A stretch of DNA of 62,618 bases, counting the filler, from Ionaspis alba (taxonomy: Eukaryota): assembly GCA_964255285.1 (NCBI GenBank). It is 3 parts of 3 records of this genome, joined end to end, with 100 filler letters (N's around TTAATTAATTAA, not from the genome) between each part and the next. Parts side by side here need not be neighbours in the genome. Positions count along the whole stretch, not along the records: positions 20,917 to 41,730 come from CAXUUL010000238.1; positions 41,831 to 62,618 come from CAXUUL010000239.1; 1 more part is not named here. One strand, written 5' to 3'. The notes beneath the pieces were generated by a model, which was not told the DNA's origin, did no database searches, and saw nothing but the letters and a program-made list of their open reading frames with translations. Position 1 is the stretch's first letter. Every line of letters begins with the position of its first letter. Shown here in pieces: positions 34,279 to 45,898 of the stretch. The translations under genes and the position numbers were made by a program.

Positions 34279-36639
34279 ATGCCTCAGCACAATGCTCTCC
34301 TACCGCGCCAGATCTGGGCACCTCCTACCTCGACCACGACCTCTTTCCAGCAACACTGTACACCCTTCAGCTTGCCATCGGCTGGGATGGTCATTGTCGA
34401 CGACCTTACCACCATCACTCTTACTCAGGATGCCGTCTTCCAACCGGAGTGCACGGGCTTGCCCATGGATGACCGCGCTGGGGACAGCTCCGTTCTCGAC
34501 ATGCAAGATCCCTTTTATGCCTCTACCTTGCCCCAGATCTATGCGATCGCAGCCGCAACCGTCATTGCCTACATGCTTGTCATTATGCTCTTCATTACGC
34601 CACGCACCTTCTTCATCGGAGGTGCCGGTGGAGGTTTTCTCGGTCGTCGTGGCATTCTTCGAGGGGCATCTGGCAGCACATCGATTGTGGGTGTGGGTGG
34701 AAGACCGTGGCTACAGAAGGTTGCGGCCTTGACGGTTGCCATCTCTCTGACCATCGCCACCGTCGATACGTTCAAAGTCGCAGAGGATCAATATGTCAAC
34801 GGCTACCAAGACTCCGCTGCTTTGACCCAAGAAGTCGTCGGCGGCCTTAGCCTTCGTGTGGTGCGAGTGGTCTCGGATACCTTTCTCTGGCTGGCACAAG
34901 TGCAAACTTTGATCCGACTCTTTCCGCGACACCGGGAGAAAGTCATTATTAAATGGGCTGGATTTGCCCTCATAGTCCTCGATACCATATTCAGCATCCT
35001 GAACAAGTTCGTTAATGAATCGGGTAAGACGTCACCGAGGCGATTTGTCGATGCTATCCCTGCTTTGAGCTACCTCTTCCAGCTGTCATTGAGCTTATTA
35101 TACGCTGCTTGGGTGATCTTTTATTCTCTTGAACGGCGGCGTTTTGCTTTCTTCCACTACAAGATGCGCAACATCATTCTAGTTGCTATCCTATCTCTCA
35201 CGGCCGTTCTTATCCCCGTTGTTTTCTTCGTCCTTGATATTTCGAAACCTACCGTAGCGGGTTGGGGAGATTACGTGCGATGGGTCGGTGCTGCCGCTGC
35301 GAGTGTGGTCGTTTGGGAATGGGTCGAGAGGATCGAAGCTTTGGAGAGAGAGGAAAGGAAAGACGGTATCTTGGGTAGAGAGATCTTCGACGGTGATGAG
35401 ATGCTGGAGATAACACCTTCGTCGGAGGTCAACTGGCCCGGATCTCGTCACGACCGTCCTAAAGGTGGAAGGGGAAATGGGTCCGCTAACGCCTCTGGCC
35501 GATCTCGAACAATGGACACGGAGGACGCAGTCCCACGATCACGTGCACCAAGCTACGCAGAACTGTCTCGTCAAGGTTTTGGGTATAGTGGTGGTACAAC
35601 TCAGCGGCCTGCTCCAAATAGTCTTGCCGTCACAGCTCGAGTGCCATGTCGAGATCCACCCACACCTCCCCCGGCCATTGCATCGCCTATCAGTCGGGGA
35701 GATACCACCAGCGCTACCAGTACCGAATATGCGGTTCATTACCATCCTGTTCGCGAGTCCACTTCACCCGGTCTCAGTACTCCTTCACCAAGACCACCTC
35801 TCAACGCTCAGGTCGCACAAGACATCAGCGGCGAGGCCGCAACTGCCCAGTCAGTACCACTAGGTCGTTCCACAGTGGTTGGAGCGGAGGAAAGGGCTGC
35901 TTCAACGGCAGCAGCAACTCCAGCAACAAATACTTTCGCTCACCGACTGAGAAATACGACCAATCCCTTCAAACGCCGTCGTACCTCTCCGCCACCCCCA
36001 GAAATATCGCAAGCTAGAACGGATCCTTCGAACCAATCTTTGGCAGGTGAAGCTCGCAACGATTCGAAACTCTCGGCTCGAAAATTCAACCCGCTCGAAA
36101 GACTAAGAACACGGAAAGATGCCGCTTCTTCGCATACCGACCTACCTGTCATGATTATACCTGCTCAGCCACGTGGAAGGATATGGTCGCCAACAACAGT
36201 CGAGGAGAACACTTCCAGTGCGCTTGGCGATGAGGAAACCGGTACAGTTGCAGGTTCAAGTACTGTGGTTGGCCGGTCGGTCCACAGTGCGACTAGCCCT
36301 GAAGAAAATGGTAGTAGCAATGATGCTCAACCTGTCACAGGTGCACGGCCGACAACGCTGCGTCAACAGTCCGGAAATTCTCCCCCTGAAGCGAGTGAAC
36401 CCAATCTCCCCATACGAGACAGTCTTAGTGTTGCCAATGACGGCGCCATATGTACACTTAATGATCGGCCAAATCTGTTAGCTCCACATCCGGTAATTCG
36501 AGCGTCTGCTGGGCCTTATTCTGCGCAATCTCCGCGTATCGCTGAAGCGAACCACGTTTCTGCACCAGCACCAGCAGATGCAGATGCATTGACTCCGTCC
36601 GATCAATCTTTCGAGCAAACACCTCATGGCCGAGCCTGA
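34279..36639 (+). CDS. palH: pH-sensing 7-TM receptor PalH/Rim21
   Basis: DPFYASTLPQIYA, GRPWLQKVAAL, FLWLAQVQTLIRLFPRHREK, GWGDYVRWVGAAAASVVVWEWVERIEALE. Confidence 0.95.
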   Translation: MPQHNALLPRQIWAPPTSTTTSFQQHCTPFSLPSAGMVIVDDLTTITLTQDAVFQPECTGLPMDDRAGDSSVLDMQDPFYASTLPQIYAIAAATVIAYMLVIMLFITPRTFFIGGAGGGFLGRRGILRGASGSTSIVGVGGRPWLQKVAALTVAISLTIATVDTFKVAEDQYVNGYQDSAALTQEVVGGLSLRVVRVVSDTFLWLAQVQTLIRLFPRHREKVIIKWAGFALIVLDTIFSILNKFVNESGKTSPRRFVDAIPALSYLFQLSLSLLYAAWVIFYSLERRRFAFFHYKMRNIILVAILSLTAVLIPVVFFVLDISKPTVAGWGDYVRWVGAAAASVVVWEWVERIEALEREERKDGILGREIFDGDEMLEITPSSEVNWPGSRHDRPKGGRGNGSANASGRSRTMDTEDAVPRSRAPSYAELSRQGFGYSGGTTQRPAPNSLAVTARVPCRDPPTPPPAIASPISRGDTTSATSTEYAVHYHPVRESTSPGLSTPSPRPPLNAQVAQDISGEAATAQSVPLGRSTVVGAEERAASTAAATPATNTFAHRLRNTTNPFKRRRTSPPPPEISQARTDPSNQSLAGEARNDSKLSARKFNPLERLRTRKDAASSHTDLPVMIIPAQPRGRIWSPTTVEENTSSALGDEETGTVAGSSTVVGRSVHSATSPEENGSSNDAQPVTGARPTTLRQQSGNSPPEASEPNLPIRDSLSVANDGAICTLNDRPNLLAPHPVIRASAGPYSAQSPRIAEANHVSAPAPADADALTPSDQSFEQTPHGRA

Positions 36640-37054
36640 TGATCCACAATACCCAGGATATGATGAATATGGAAACGATGGGAAGGAGATTTTAATCAAT
36701 TAGCGAGGCGTCACGGTTTCACAGTCATGTACTGATAGCATTCACTATCGATGGATGTATATTACCCAGCGAGGTATCGTTACTACGATCGACAGTCACA
36801 TCATGACATAAATGTTTTGCATCTGCTTCTCTTCCTATTCTCATGACTCTGATGCCTCACTGGTTGAAGTTCACGATTGTCAAACTAATGATCTTACCCG
36901 CCACGCTGACAACGACATGCATACCGAAAAAATATTCAACCGCTAATACTGGACCGGCTTCTACTCCAACGCTGCCATCTCGTCCTAAGTCATTTACCCC
37001 CACGGCGTAGCAGCCACTCTAGCGTATTCTGACCCCGCCCACGTCTCTCCCAGT

Positions 37055-38371
37055 TCAAGCAGCATGTGCTGTTCCTACAGCACCGTCATCTTCTCCAGCA
37101 ACCACTCCACCAGTCCCATTCGGAGCTGGCGCATCCGGCCCAATTGGGCCACCACCACCGCCACTCCCGGCATTTCCTGCCCCAATTCCTAATCCTCCAG
37201 CAGCTGTCGCTTCTTCCTCCGTGTCATTGCCTGCCTTCACACCCTCCCTACTCGAATACCTTGCGTGTCTCCTTTTCTTCGCCCCAAACAGCACCCAAGC
37301 GAACTCTCGCCAGAATCCTCTTCCCTCCCTTACTACTCCCCTCCTGGCATTCTCTTCTGCTATACGCGCTCTCTCACGCTTTCTCCACGCTGCGTAGTTG
37401 CCCACCGTGGGAGGTGGACCCCGTCCGCCGGCTAGAGACCACAGATTGGTTGGTAAGGGTTGTGAAGGGTCGAGGCATGGCCTGGAAGCTCCTCCGCGGA
37501 GAGTCAGACGGCGAGAGTCGATAGTCGGGGTGGCTGATGGGAGTGGGGAATGATCGGGCAAGGTTGGAGAGTAGTCTGGGGCGGCTGTTGGGTTGGCGGC
37601 AAGTGGAGAGGAGGGGGACGGAGTGCAGGCGAAAGGTAGGACAGGATTGTAGATTGGTGGTATTGGGAGTGGCCAGAAGGGAGGCGGGTGTGAAGATAGC
37701 GGGGATGGATGTCTGACTTGGTCTGCTTCCTGTTTTGCTGGGTCATCGTTGGAGTGAGCTTCCGGTGCAGGTTCTGTTGCTTTTGTATCGTTCTCCAGGT
37801 CACTATGAGAGGTTGAATGCTCGACAGAGAGGTAGCGCAGGTGAGAGCGTTTGGACTTGACGCTCTGGCTATCGTCTCGGCTTTCACGTCTCGGGAGAAT
37901 GCTCAGGCCGCCTCCTGAACTCATCCGCCTCGGACAGTTGGATCTTGGCATTTCCGGATGCGCTGATCGAGCAGATGCAGGCGTTGACTTGGAGTACACG
38001 CCGTGTTCATCATCGAATAGGTACTGGTCTTCTTCGAGCTCGGGATAGAGGCGTGTATCGAGAGCACGTGGCTGGCCTTTCTCGGTGAAGGTGGGCGGTG
38101 GGAAAGAGACTAAGCTGCTCCTTTGCTGTGAATGTCGTCTAGGACCTCTTCGTTTATGGAGGCGGGGTGATGTTGGGCGTGGCGTGGGCAGAGTCTGTCG
38201 ATACTTGGGCAGGTTCTTGCGGCGGAAGGGATAGCAAGTAATAGCGAAGAGCCTTTTGGGAACACTCACGGTAGCGGAGATGGGGGCAGTTTCGGAAGTG
38301 GGGACGCGCACAAGATAGGATCTGGCGTTGACGGTCGAAGTGTCCTTGACAGAAGGTGTAAAGCCGTTCAT
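37055..38371 (-). CDS. Hypothetical Pro/Ser-rich protein with internal LTLRGG and C-terminal LWxLAGG module
   Basis: About 440-aa ORF; start uncertain (possible acceptor just upstream). Confidence 0.55.
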   Translation of the reverse strand: MNGFTPSVKDTSTVNARSYLVRVPTSETAPISATVSVPKRLFAITCYPFRRKNLPKYRQTLPTPRPTSPRLHKRRGPRRHSQQRSSLVSFPPPTFTEKGQPRALDTRLYPELEEDQYLFDDEHGVYSKSTPASARSAHPEMPRSNCPRRMSSGGGLSILPRRESRDDSQSVKSKRSHLRYLSVEHSTSHSDLENDTKATEPAPEAHSNDDPAKQEADQVRHPSPLSSHPPPFWPLPIPPIYNPVLPFACTPSPSSPLAANPTAAPDYSPTLPDHSPLPSATPTIDSRRLTLRGGASRPCLDPSQPLPTNLWSLAGGRGPPPTVGNYAAWRKRERARIAEENARRGVVREGRGFWREFAWVLFGAKKRRHARYSSREGVKAGNDTEEEATAAGGLGIGAGNAGSGGGGGPIGPDAPAPNGTGGVVAGEDDGAVGTAHAA

Positions 38372-38617
38372 GGTCAAGATCTGCGAAGTAGGAGCCGTAA
38401 TGTCTTGAGATCAGTTTGTGGTCTTCCTAGAATCTTGGACAGTTTGAGATCAATAAACGCTTAAAAGCTTTAAGAGATGAACAAAAAGGAGAAGTAATAC
38501 GATGACTGTCTGGATAGATTCTTCACAAAAAACGTGTTGGTCACTTATGGACAAAACTTGACTCCTTTTTCAGTATTAGAGCCACAATACTAGCAATGCT
38601 CGACAGACAGCTGCTAT

Positions 38618-40193
38618 CTACACGCTGATAGTTTTGAAAATCCTAGATAAATTTCACCAATCAGCATTGCTCACAAGCACAGATCGTGAGCAAGATCGAC
38701 TCACCCAAAGCCTCCACCGCCGGTACCCATCACACAACCTGGTATCTGAGGATGCCAGTGGCATTCTTTGACCATTTCCATATAGTGTACAAATAAGAGT
38801 TGTGGTGGCACATCCTGCACACCAGCGGTGTCCCTACTTTCCTCGTCATCCAATTCCACAGCCAAATCCCACAACGTCAAAGTGTTATCTCCAGCCGCCA
38901 CTGCCACTATACTATCATCTGTGGGATGCCACTCAACACTTGTGATCTGTTCTTTGTGGAAGTTGAAAGACGCTACTGGTTTTGGCACGGGGTTCGAAGC
39001 GTCGTTGGAAACGGGTTTCCACTGCCGAAGGTCCCAGACCGCCCACTCCCCATCATCGGCTCCAGTGGCAAGGAGATGAGTGGTCTGATGTGACCATGAA
39101 ATGACGTTGACATCGGTCTTGCTTACAGCCACACTGACCGCTGGCTTCTTGGACTTCGATCTGACATCCCACACTTTGACGGTACCATCGCTGCTCGCAG
39201 AAGCAAAGACATTCTTTTCGTTTGGCGACCATTGGATATCTTCGACGCTGCTTTGATGCCCGACAAATGGCTTGTTATCTGTATTCCATTTACCGCCATC
39301 GCTGCAGGTTGTGGCAAAGATTTGTCCATCATTGTCTCCAGTAAGAAGTTTGCCTTGTGATACTAGGGGAGACCAATCCATGGCATAACCTTCGCTTCTA
39401 TGCATCTTCAGCGTCGCTAAGGGTCTTGACTGCTGAGGCGTTATTATAGTTCCAGGATTATCGAAACTTGACAGATGTGGAGTAACGTCGTGTATTAGTA
39501 CTTCGGCTGTTTCAGTCATAGATGCAGTCAAGGTAGTAGGAGATCGAGATGAGTCCGAAGGATATTGATGGACTCGTATGCGATTGGTAGTGGATGTCAT
39601 GGGGATAGTCTTGGTCTCGAGGATTGGCTCGGCATTCTCGTCCTCATCATCGCTGTCGTCGTCAGACTCTTCGTTCCGGTTCCGATCCATTCTGCTGAGC
39701 CCACTAAGTTTCATCACCATGAGCTCGTTTTCACGCGACCTCCTATCTTCCGCTTGCGTTCCAGCTACCGCATATAATGTTGCTGGGTATGTTTTGCGCG
39801 CATCGCCAAGGTTGTCTGGCACGATATCGAACGAGAGACAAGGCCAAGTTGTACTCAATGTGTGAAGCATCTCGTAGGTAGAAGGATCCGGTGCTAGTGA
39901 TTCGCCTGCTTGTAGCTTATTCCTTCCCGGAATGAATGTTTGTTGATCCACGTCCATGGAATCTGGAACCTGTCAGACAAAAGGCACAAGATCGATGAAC
40001 AACGGAGGTCGCACAATGCTACCGGTGTGAGCCACATACCCCTGCTCTCTTCAACCTCCTTCTCTGCATCTGGCCGTCCATCGATACCGGCTTCGAATAT
40101 CTCATCTTCGCTCTCATACTCGTCTTCGAACTCATCTTCGAAGTCCCCCGCCTCGTCAGCTTCCTCAGCTTTTACGGGCCGTTCACCCTGTTT
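38618..40193 (-). CDS. RRB1: Ribosome assembly WD40 protein Rrb1/GRWD1; 5' end in gap
   Basis: FEDEFEDEYESEDE, YEMLHTLSTTWPCLSFDI, EGYAMDWSP, SVEDIQWSPNE, VPPQLLFVHY; last exon IFKTISV*. Confidence 0.95.
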
Positions 40194-40634
40194 NNNNNNN
40201 NNNNNNNNNNNNNNNNNNNNNNNNNNNNNNNNNNNNNNNNNNNNNNNNNNNNNNNNNNNNNNNNNNNNNNNNNNNNNNNNNNNNNNNNNNNNNGCCAGCC
40301 AGCGATCGACTGCCCCTTCAAGCTTCTCAACGAGCAATACGGTAGAGCGTTCCGCAAAAGGCGGCTCATGCACCGTTCACAACGCGTGGAAATACACTTT
40401 CTACGCGCCGACAGGGGTTCCTCCTCTCATCCCACCTAGAGTGTGTATGCATACAACACTACCTACGACGTTTCGGCACCATTCATCCCAAACAAGCCCG
40501 CTTATCAAGCCATCATTCTTTTAATTGACTTGTCTATTGATCCTTCTCAGACAAACATATCAATCTCGACCTCATTCCTCTGCTTTCGCTCCTTCACTGA
40601 CACAACCACGCTCAAGCCTGCCCTGTCCACAATT

Positions 40635-41730
40635 ATGGACCCCATTTACCGGCCAGACTTGATAGGTTCTACACCCCAGGACCACTATACAACTGCCAAC
40701 ACAAGTAATGACCAATCAATGGGTGGTGTCGACGACAACCTGAGCACCACTCCTACGGGCAGTTACAGCAATGGTCAGCAGCCTCGACATCAAACAACAC
40801 AGTCTGCAGATTTTCCGAACTCTCAAGGAACCTTCTCCCAACAGCAAGAAACGGAGCGATATCCTTCCCCCAACATGGCGTATACGCAGCAACCCATGCA
40901 GTCAATTTCGAGACCATCGTCAGGGCTGTCAGGTTCGGGAGACAGGTATGGATCATACTCACAGACATACCAAGACCAGAATCAGAGACCATCGCAACAG
41001 TCTTCGGAAGCATCCAAAACTCAAAGTAGTGTGGTCATAAAAGTCGGCATGGTGGGCGATGCGCAAATTGGAAAGACAAGCTTGATGGTCAAGTATGTGG
41101 AGGGAAGCTGGGATGAGGACTACATACAGACACTTGGTAGATTCTTCCCTGGGGTGGAAATGAATGTATACTGATGCTAGCAATAGGCGTAAATTTTATG
41201 GAGAAGACGATCTCGATACGGAACACAGAAATCACATTCTCGATTTGGGACCTTGGAGGCCAGCGGGAATTCGTGAACATGCTCCCACTTGTTTGCAATG
41301 ATGCCGTCGCAATACTTTTCATGTTCGATCTTACTCGGAAGAGTACACTGAATTCGATCAAGGAATGGTACAGACAAGGACGAGGCTTCAACAAGACTGC
41401 TATACCCTTCCTCGTTGGTACGAAGTACGACCACTTTGTTAACTTTCCACGAGAAGATCAGGAAGAGATATCCAATCAGGTATGAGCAAAACTGTCCGAA
41501 GTGGACGAGAAGTTCAGAAGAGTTGACTCCACTTAGGCCAGACGGTTTGCCAAAGCGATGCGTGCAAGTCTCATTTTCAGCAGCACAAGCCATAGTATCA
41601 ACGTTCAGAAGGTAAGCTTCTTTTTGGCATCTCACCAGAACCCTATCTGTCTGCAGCACAGAAAAGGCTAATGGTGTGCGATACAGATCTTCAAGATCGT
41701 CCTTTCCAAAGCGTTCGACCTGAAGTGCAC
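40635..41730 (+). CDS. SPG1: Septation initiation/mitotic exit GTPase Spg1/Tem1; 3' end in gap
   Basis: [72 protein letters not shown]. Confidence 0.96.
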
Positions 41731-41830
41731 NNNNNNNNNNNNNNNNNNNNNNNNNNNNNNNNNNNNNNNNNNNNTTAATTAATTAANNNNNNNNNNNNNN
41801 NNNNNNNNNNNNNNNNNNNNNNNNNNNNNN
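41731..41830. other. Assembly gap with artificial linker TTAATTAATTAA (41775-41786)
   Basis: Same design as 20817-20916; SPG1 and SSL1 both run into it. Confidence 0.95.
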
Positions 41831-43350
41831 CTTGCATCCCCATCCCTCCTCTCTCCCTCCCTACTTAGACACCCCGGACAATTATGCACAACCTCATGAC
41901 AAAAAACATCGCAATCGATGCAAAAGAACCGTCCACAACTCCCACAAGCATACCTACCACTCTCACTCACTCCGCCCTCCCTCTTCCCCCTCTCCCCATA
42001 CACCATCGCCGCTCTCCTCTCCGCCAGAACCTCCTTACTCGGAATACCCGGAAACGGCGTCAAGCATCCAAAACAGGCAGGCTGCGCACTCTGCTCAGCA
42101 GCTGCCCTTTTCCAAGAAACCTCCCCCCAATTGCTCAGCGGAAAAAGGTGATGATACGACCTCGCCAGATGCGTCGACAGGATAAGCGTGAGTCCGCAGG
42201 CCGGACAGGTGCTAGGAAGCGCGCAGACTTTGCTGTTACACCGACTACACAAATACCCACCCCTCGTCGGCTTAGAATGGCAAGCGCAGAAACTCTCCGT
42301 CTCCTCCACAATCCGCGACGGAAACCCCATCATCAGCAAACTGCTCTTGCTGCTATCAGCCGCTTCAGACTCAGCGGGCTTGGCGGTGACGGGTGGCGTG
42401 GTCGCTTTCATGAAGAGGTCGCGGTAGTGCTGCTCGTTGAGAGCGACGCCGTAGGCCTCGTCGGGGGTGCTGGCGGGATTGGTGCGCGTGACGAGTGTGC
42501 GGCAGATGGCGACTTGGGCAGCGAGGCCGATGACGCTGCAGGTTATGTGCGAGGCTGTGAGGGCTGTTATGGTTGTGTGGATGTCCCCTGGGTCGGAGGA
42601 GAGGAGGGAGCCGAAAATTAAGAGGACTTCTCGTGTGCCGTGCGAGGGAGCGTGGCTATAGGATTGGTTAATTATGGGGAAAAGAGGGTTGAATGGGGTG
42701 GCAAGGGGCGCTGACTAGAGGGCTGCCCGAGCCATTTCCAAAGCGTTTTGCAGACTAGGATTCCCTTTTGGCTCTTGCTCTCGTAGGGCTTGGAGACTGC
42801 CGACATGGTCGTTGGGGTTGCCGCTCATGTCGCTGATGCGCACGGCGAGGCCATCTCGCATGCCGATGATGCCCAATTGGGAAATGGGGTTTTGCTCAAA
42901 GTACTCGTTCACAAATTCCTGTGCATAGCGTAGAGTAAGGAGATACCGCGTGGGCCGTAAATCTTTCTCCAGCATAGCCGTGGAGAGGTCAAGCACGAGA
43001 ACCAGATGGCGGATAATGCCGCGCTGTAGAGGTGTTGTATCTTTCAGCAACCTGGGCCTCATCAGCTGCTTCCTCAACTCCTCAGGATCCTCGCTGGGAA
43101 TCATCTTGCACGTCCCTACTCACCTCTTCCTCTTGCCGGCTTCTAATAGTCCTTCAACCGTAGAACTGATTGTCCCGTCTGCACCTTCCACCACGTTTTC
43201 CCACGTCCTTGTGACTTCCCATTCTCCAGCCGTGCCTCTAGCGCCATCACCTGTGGCTCTGCTTCCATGCTTTGCTCCTCGTGTCACCTGATGAGCACCA
43301 ATTTCCTCTTCTGAGTTTTCTTGGATGTAGTCATCGTCGGAGTCAGGCAT
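41831..43350 (-). CDS. SSL1: TFIIH subunit p44/Ssl1 (vWA + zinc fingers); 3' end at gap
   Basis: WEVTRTWE, LQRGIIRHLVLVLDLS, EYFEQNPISQLG, LLMMGFPSR, CPACGLTLILSTHLARSYHHLFPL, CIDCDVFCHEVVHNCPGC. Confidence 0.96.
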
Positions 43351-43664
43351 GATGCCGGTTATGGCAAAGTGGTGGTGAAGTGAGTGGAGGTGCTGAACTC
43401 ATTTTCTCATTTGTCACAGCCGAAGGTTCATGTGTTGTGAACGCTGAAAAACTTGTCAGCGCGTTTTAAAAGTGACTGTGAATCCGACTGGCCCATACTG
43501 GCATTGGTGACATTGGTGTCATCAGTGAATACTACCTATTTCCTCGGTACCAGACATGATGATCGAATGTCCCACCATCCTGTCTAACCGAGTTTGCCTT
43601 TGAATAGGCGATGACACGTTATCAACGCGTCTCGCCGTCAACATCGTCGCGTTGATTACAGAGA

Positions 43665-44246
43665 ATGGTAGGTATAATAATTTACTGGGGATAGTAATTA
43701 GTTTTTCTCCATAGTATCTTGTTCTCAATCTGAAGTTTTACTTGAGAAAGCAGAATCCAGTCACACAGTATCCTCGCTAATGAATGGTAGTCTACAGGAA
43801 CAGCTCATCCTGGGCTATGGACACTACGCTTTAAACGGGGCAAAACCACAGTACTCCTCTTCGTGGACAAGACGCAGTCATTTTCTTCCATCAAATCCGA
43901 CCTTCTTCAGGCTCTAGACAAGTGTCACCATCAGAATTTGCCCACAGATCCCGAAGACATCATATTCGGGCTCCCGGTGGACAAGCATGATCTGAGAAAA
44001 GGATGGGTAGCTTTGGACGAACCAGTAGTCAATGGTGAAGATGATTCGGGGACTAAACACGATGGAAAAGGGCAGAAAGGAGTCCTTGATTCCAATCCAT
44101 TAGGTGCTGGGTTGAAGGATCGAGGGGTGCTGGCGTTCAAGTTCCGCAACACGGATGAAGTTTCGGAGAATGGTACAAGCATCGACGACACCAAGTGGGA
44201 TGTTGCGATTCCTAGCTACGAAGATGAGAATGCAAGCCAGAAGTAA
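43665..44246 (+). CDS. Hypothetical protein, possible ubiquitin-like fold; tiny first exon inferred (43665-43671)
   Basis: WTLRFKRGKTTVLLFVDKTQSFSSIKSDLL...GAGLKDRGVLAFKF...WDVAIPSYEDE; ATGGTAG|gtataa...ctacag|GA joins the frame. Confidence 0.65.
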
Positions 44247-44649
44247 GCGATGTGATAACGCCTGGACAAGTTGTCAAGGCCCTATCGTTCGTAAGGCTTA
44301 AGCCTTATCAGGAGGGTTCATTCACCAAGATCCATATCTCAAAGGAATCATTTGAGAGATCTTAAAGTTCCTAAATCACTGCGTATACAAGCTATGGGTA
44401 TTCGTGTTTTTCAAGCTCCTTCCAACAAAGATGCCTCCAAGCCAGCTCCTATCTCGCCTGCTACATCGTTCTGTTGTATCGTCCCCATTGTGACCCTCTC
44501 AACTCGAACATCCATCTCTTTCCGTCAATTAGGTTGCCACCCGCGCAGTTCGCCACCTAGAACATACATGGTATATACATAGAACACTCCCGCTAAGCCC
44601 GACGTTAATCGTAATTGAAAAAAGGGAATTTATAGCTCTGGGGTTCATG

Positions 44650-45898
44650 TCACGTGTAGGTCCCTCCTGGTGTGGGCATCGGCCAGTCGTCTTCCGTTAT
44701 ACTCGACCAGAAGATCCACACCATGACCACAGATAGCAGAGTGAAGAGCGTCTCGAAGAGAGCACCGTTGATCTTGCCGTTTGTGGCATTGCAGAGGTGT
44801 GGGCTGACGATGTATTGGAAGATTTGACCGACTGCAAACAGTACCGCGGCACCGAGCAGATATACTAAGATTCTGGTAAGCAAATTTGAACTTGAAATCT
44901 TACGTGAGAGTACGAACACATGGGTTTCTTCTCGCCCAGAACGCGAAGGACGAGAATAGTTTCCAGGATGAAAAAAAGCGCTAGGAAGATCAATGGCACC
45001 AATTGGTAGAGAACGTATAGGCCAATATTTCGGTTCGGATCCTTTAAGCTATCATCGAAGTGGCCGGTCCAACGCAGAGCAGTATCAAGCGTAATATATC
45101 CGGTTCCAATGAAAAGCGCGATGGCAGATATCAATATAGCTCCCAGTGAAAGTGGGGTTCCGTCGTCCAGCAATTGATAGCCAACAATGCCGTTGAGTAG
45201 CAATACCCAGAGCGTAGCGACTATAGCTCCGAGATGCACAGCGGTGAAGCCCTGAAGTTGATACGTTAGGTTCGCAATGAGGTGGATTATGTCGGGATGT
45301 TCATACAATTCTGACATTGGATGCGAGCGGGAATCCTCCAACTGTGAAAATTTCGCAGATTTCGACGATTATGTATCCAATCAGGAAGAGTTGGAGCTCT
45401 CTGTGATGATGTGAGTCTTTGGTCTTGCGCAGCCTCTCCGGCAGACCAACCTTCTGCCTACGGCTGCCTTTTTCCTTTCCGACCTCAAGAGCAGTAATAT
45501 GGTGACCACGATAGCGATACCACAGAGCAGTATGCTCCCTATTTCGATCAGCATGGTTCAGCACATCTCCAGCTATGTCGCTTGCATACCCAGGTTTCTA
45601 AGATATCCATTGCTCAACGGTATCCCCTTGAGCTCACAGCCACCGAAGCCAGGTCCGTCTCTGTTGGGGGAATCACTGAAGATCTACCGGAACGTGTATC
45701 AGTAAATTGTGCAAATTATTGACAGCGCGAACCGTGGAGTCAAGCGATTGCTCAGACCCATGTGACGTACATTGCAGACGGGGAGAGTGGAATCCCGACA
45801 GAAGTTCTAGAAAGCAGCGATGATCAGTATCTCTTTCTTCCGGTCGTCTGGTAGCACACCGAGCATACGTGGAAATTCCCAAACTGTGTAGTCCCCAT
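44650..45898 (-). CDS. Chs7-family chitin synthase export chaperone-like 7-TM protein, multi-exon
   Basis: MGTTQFGNFH|..CRDSTLPVCN, KAAVGRR|ELQLFL, ICEIFTVGGFPL, GYQLLDDGT, FWSSITEDDWP. Confidence 0.88.

Noticed and set aside
40382..40387. MCB-like ACGCGT upstream of SPG1 (another near 43625)
   Set aside because: Single hexamers cannot be distinguished from chance without conservation data.
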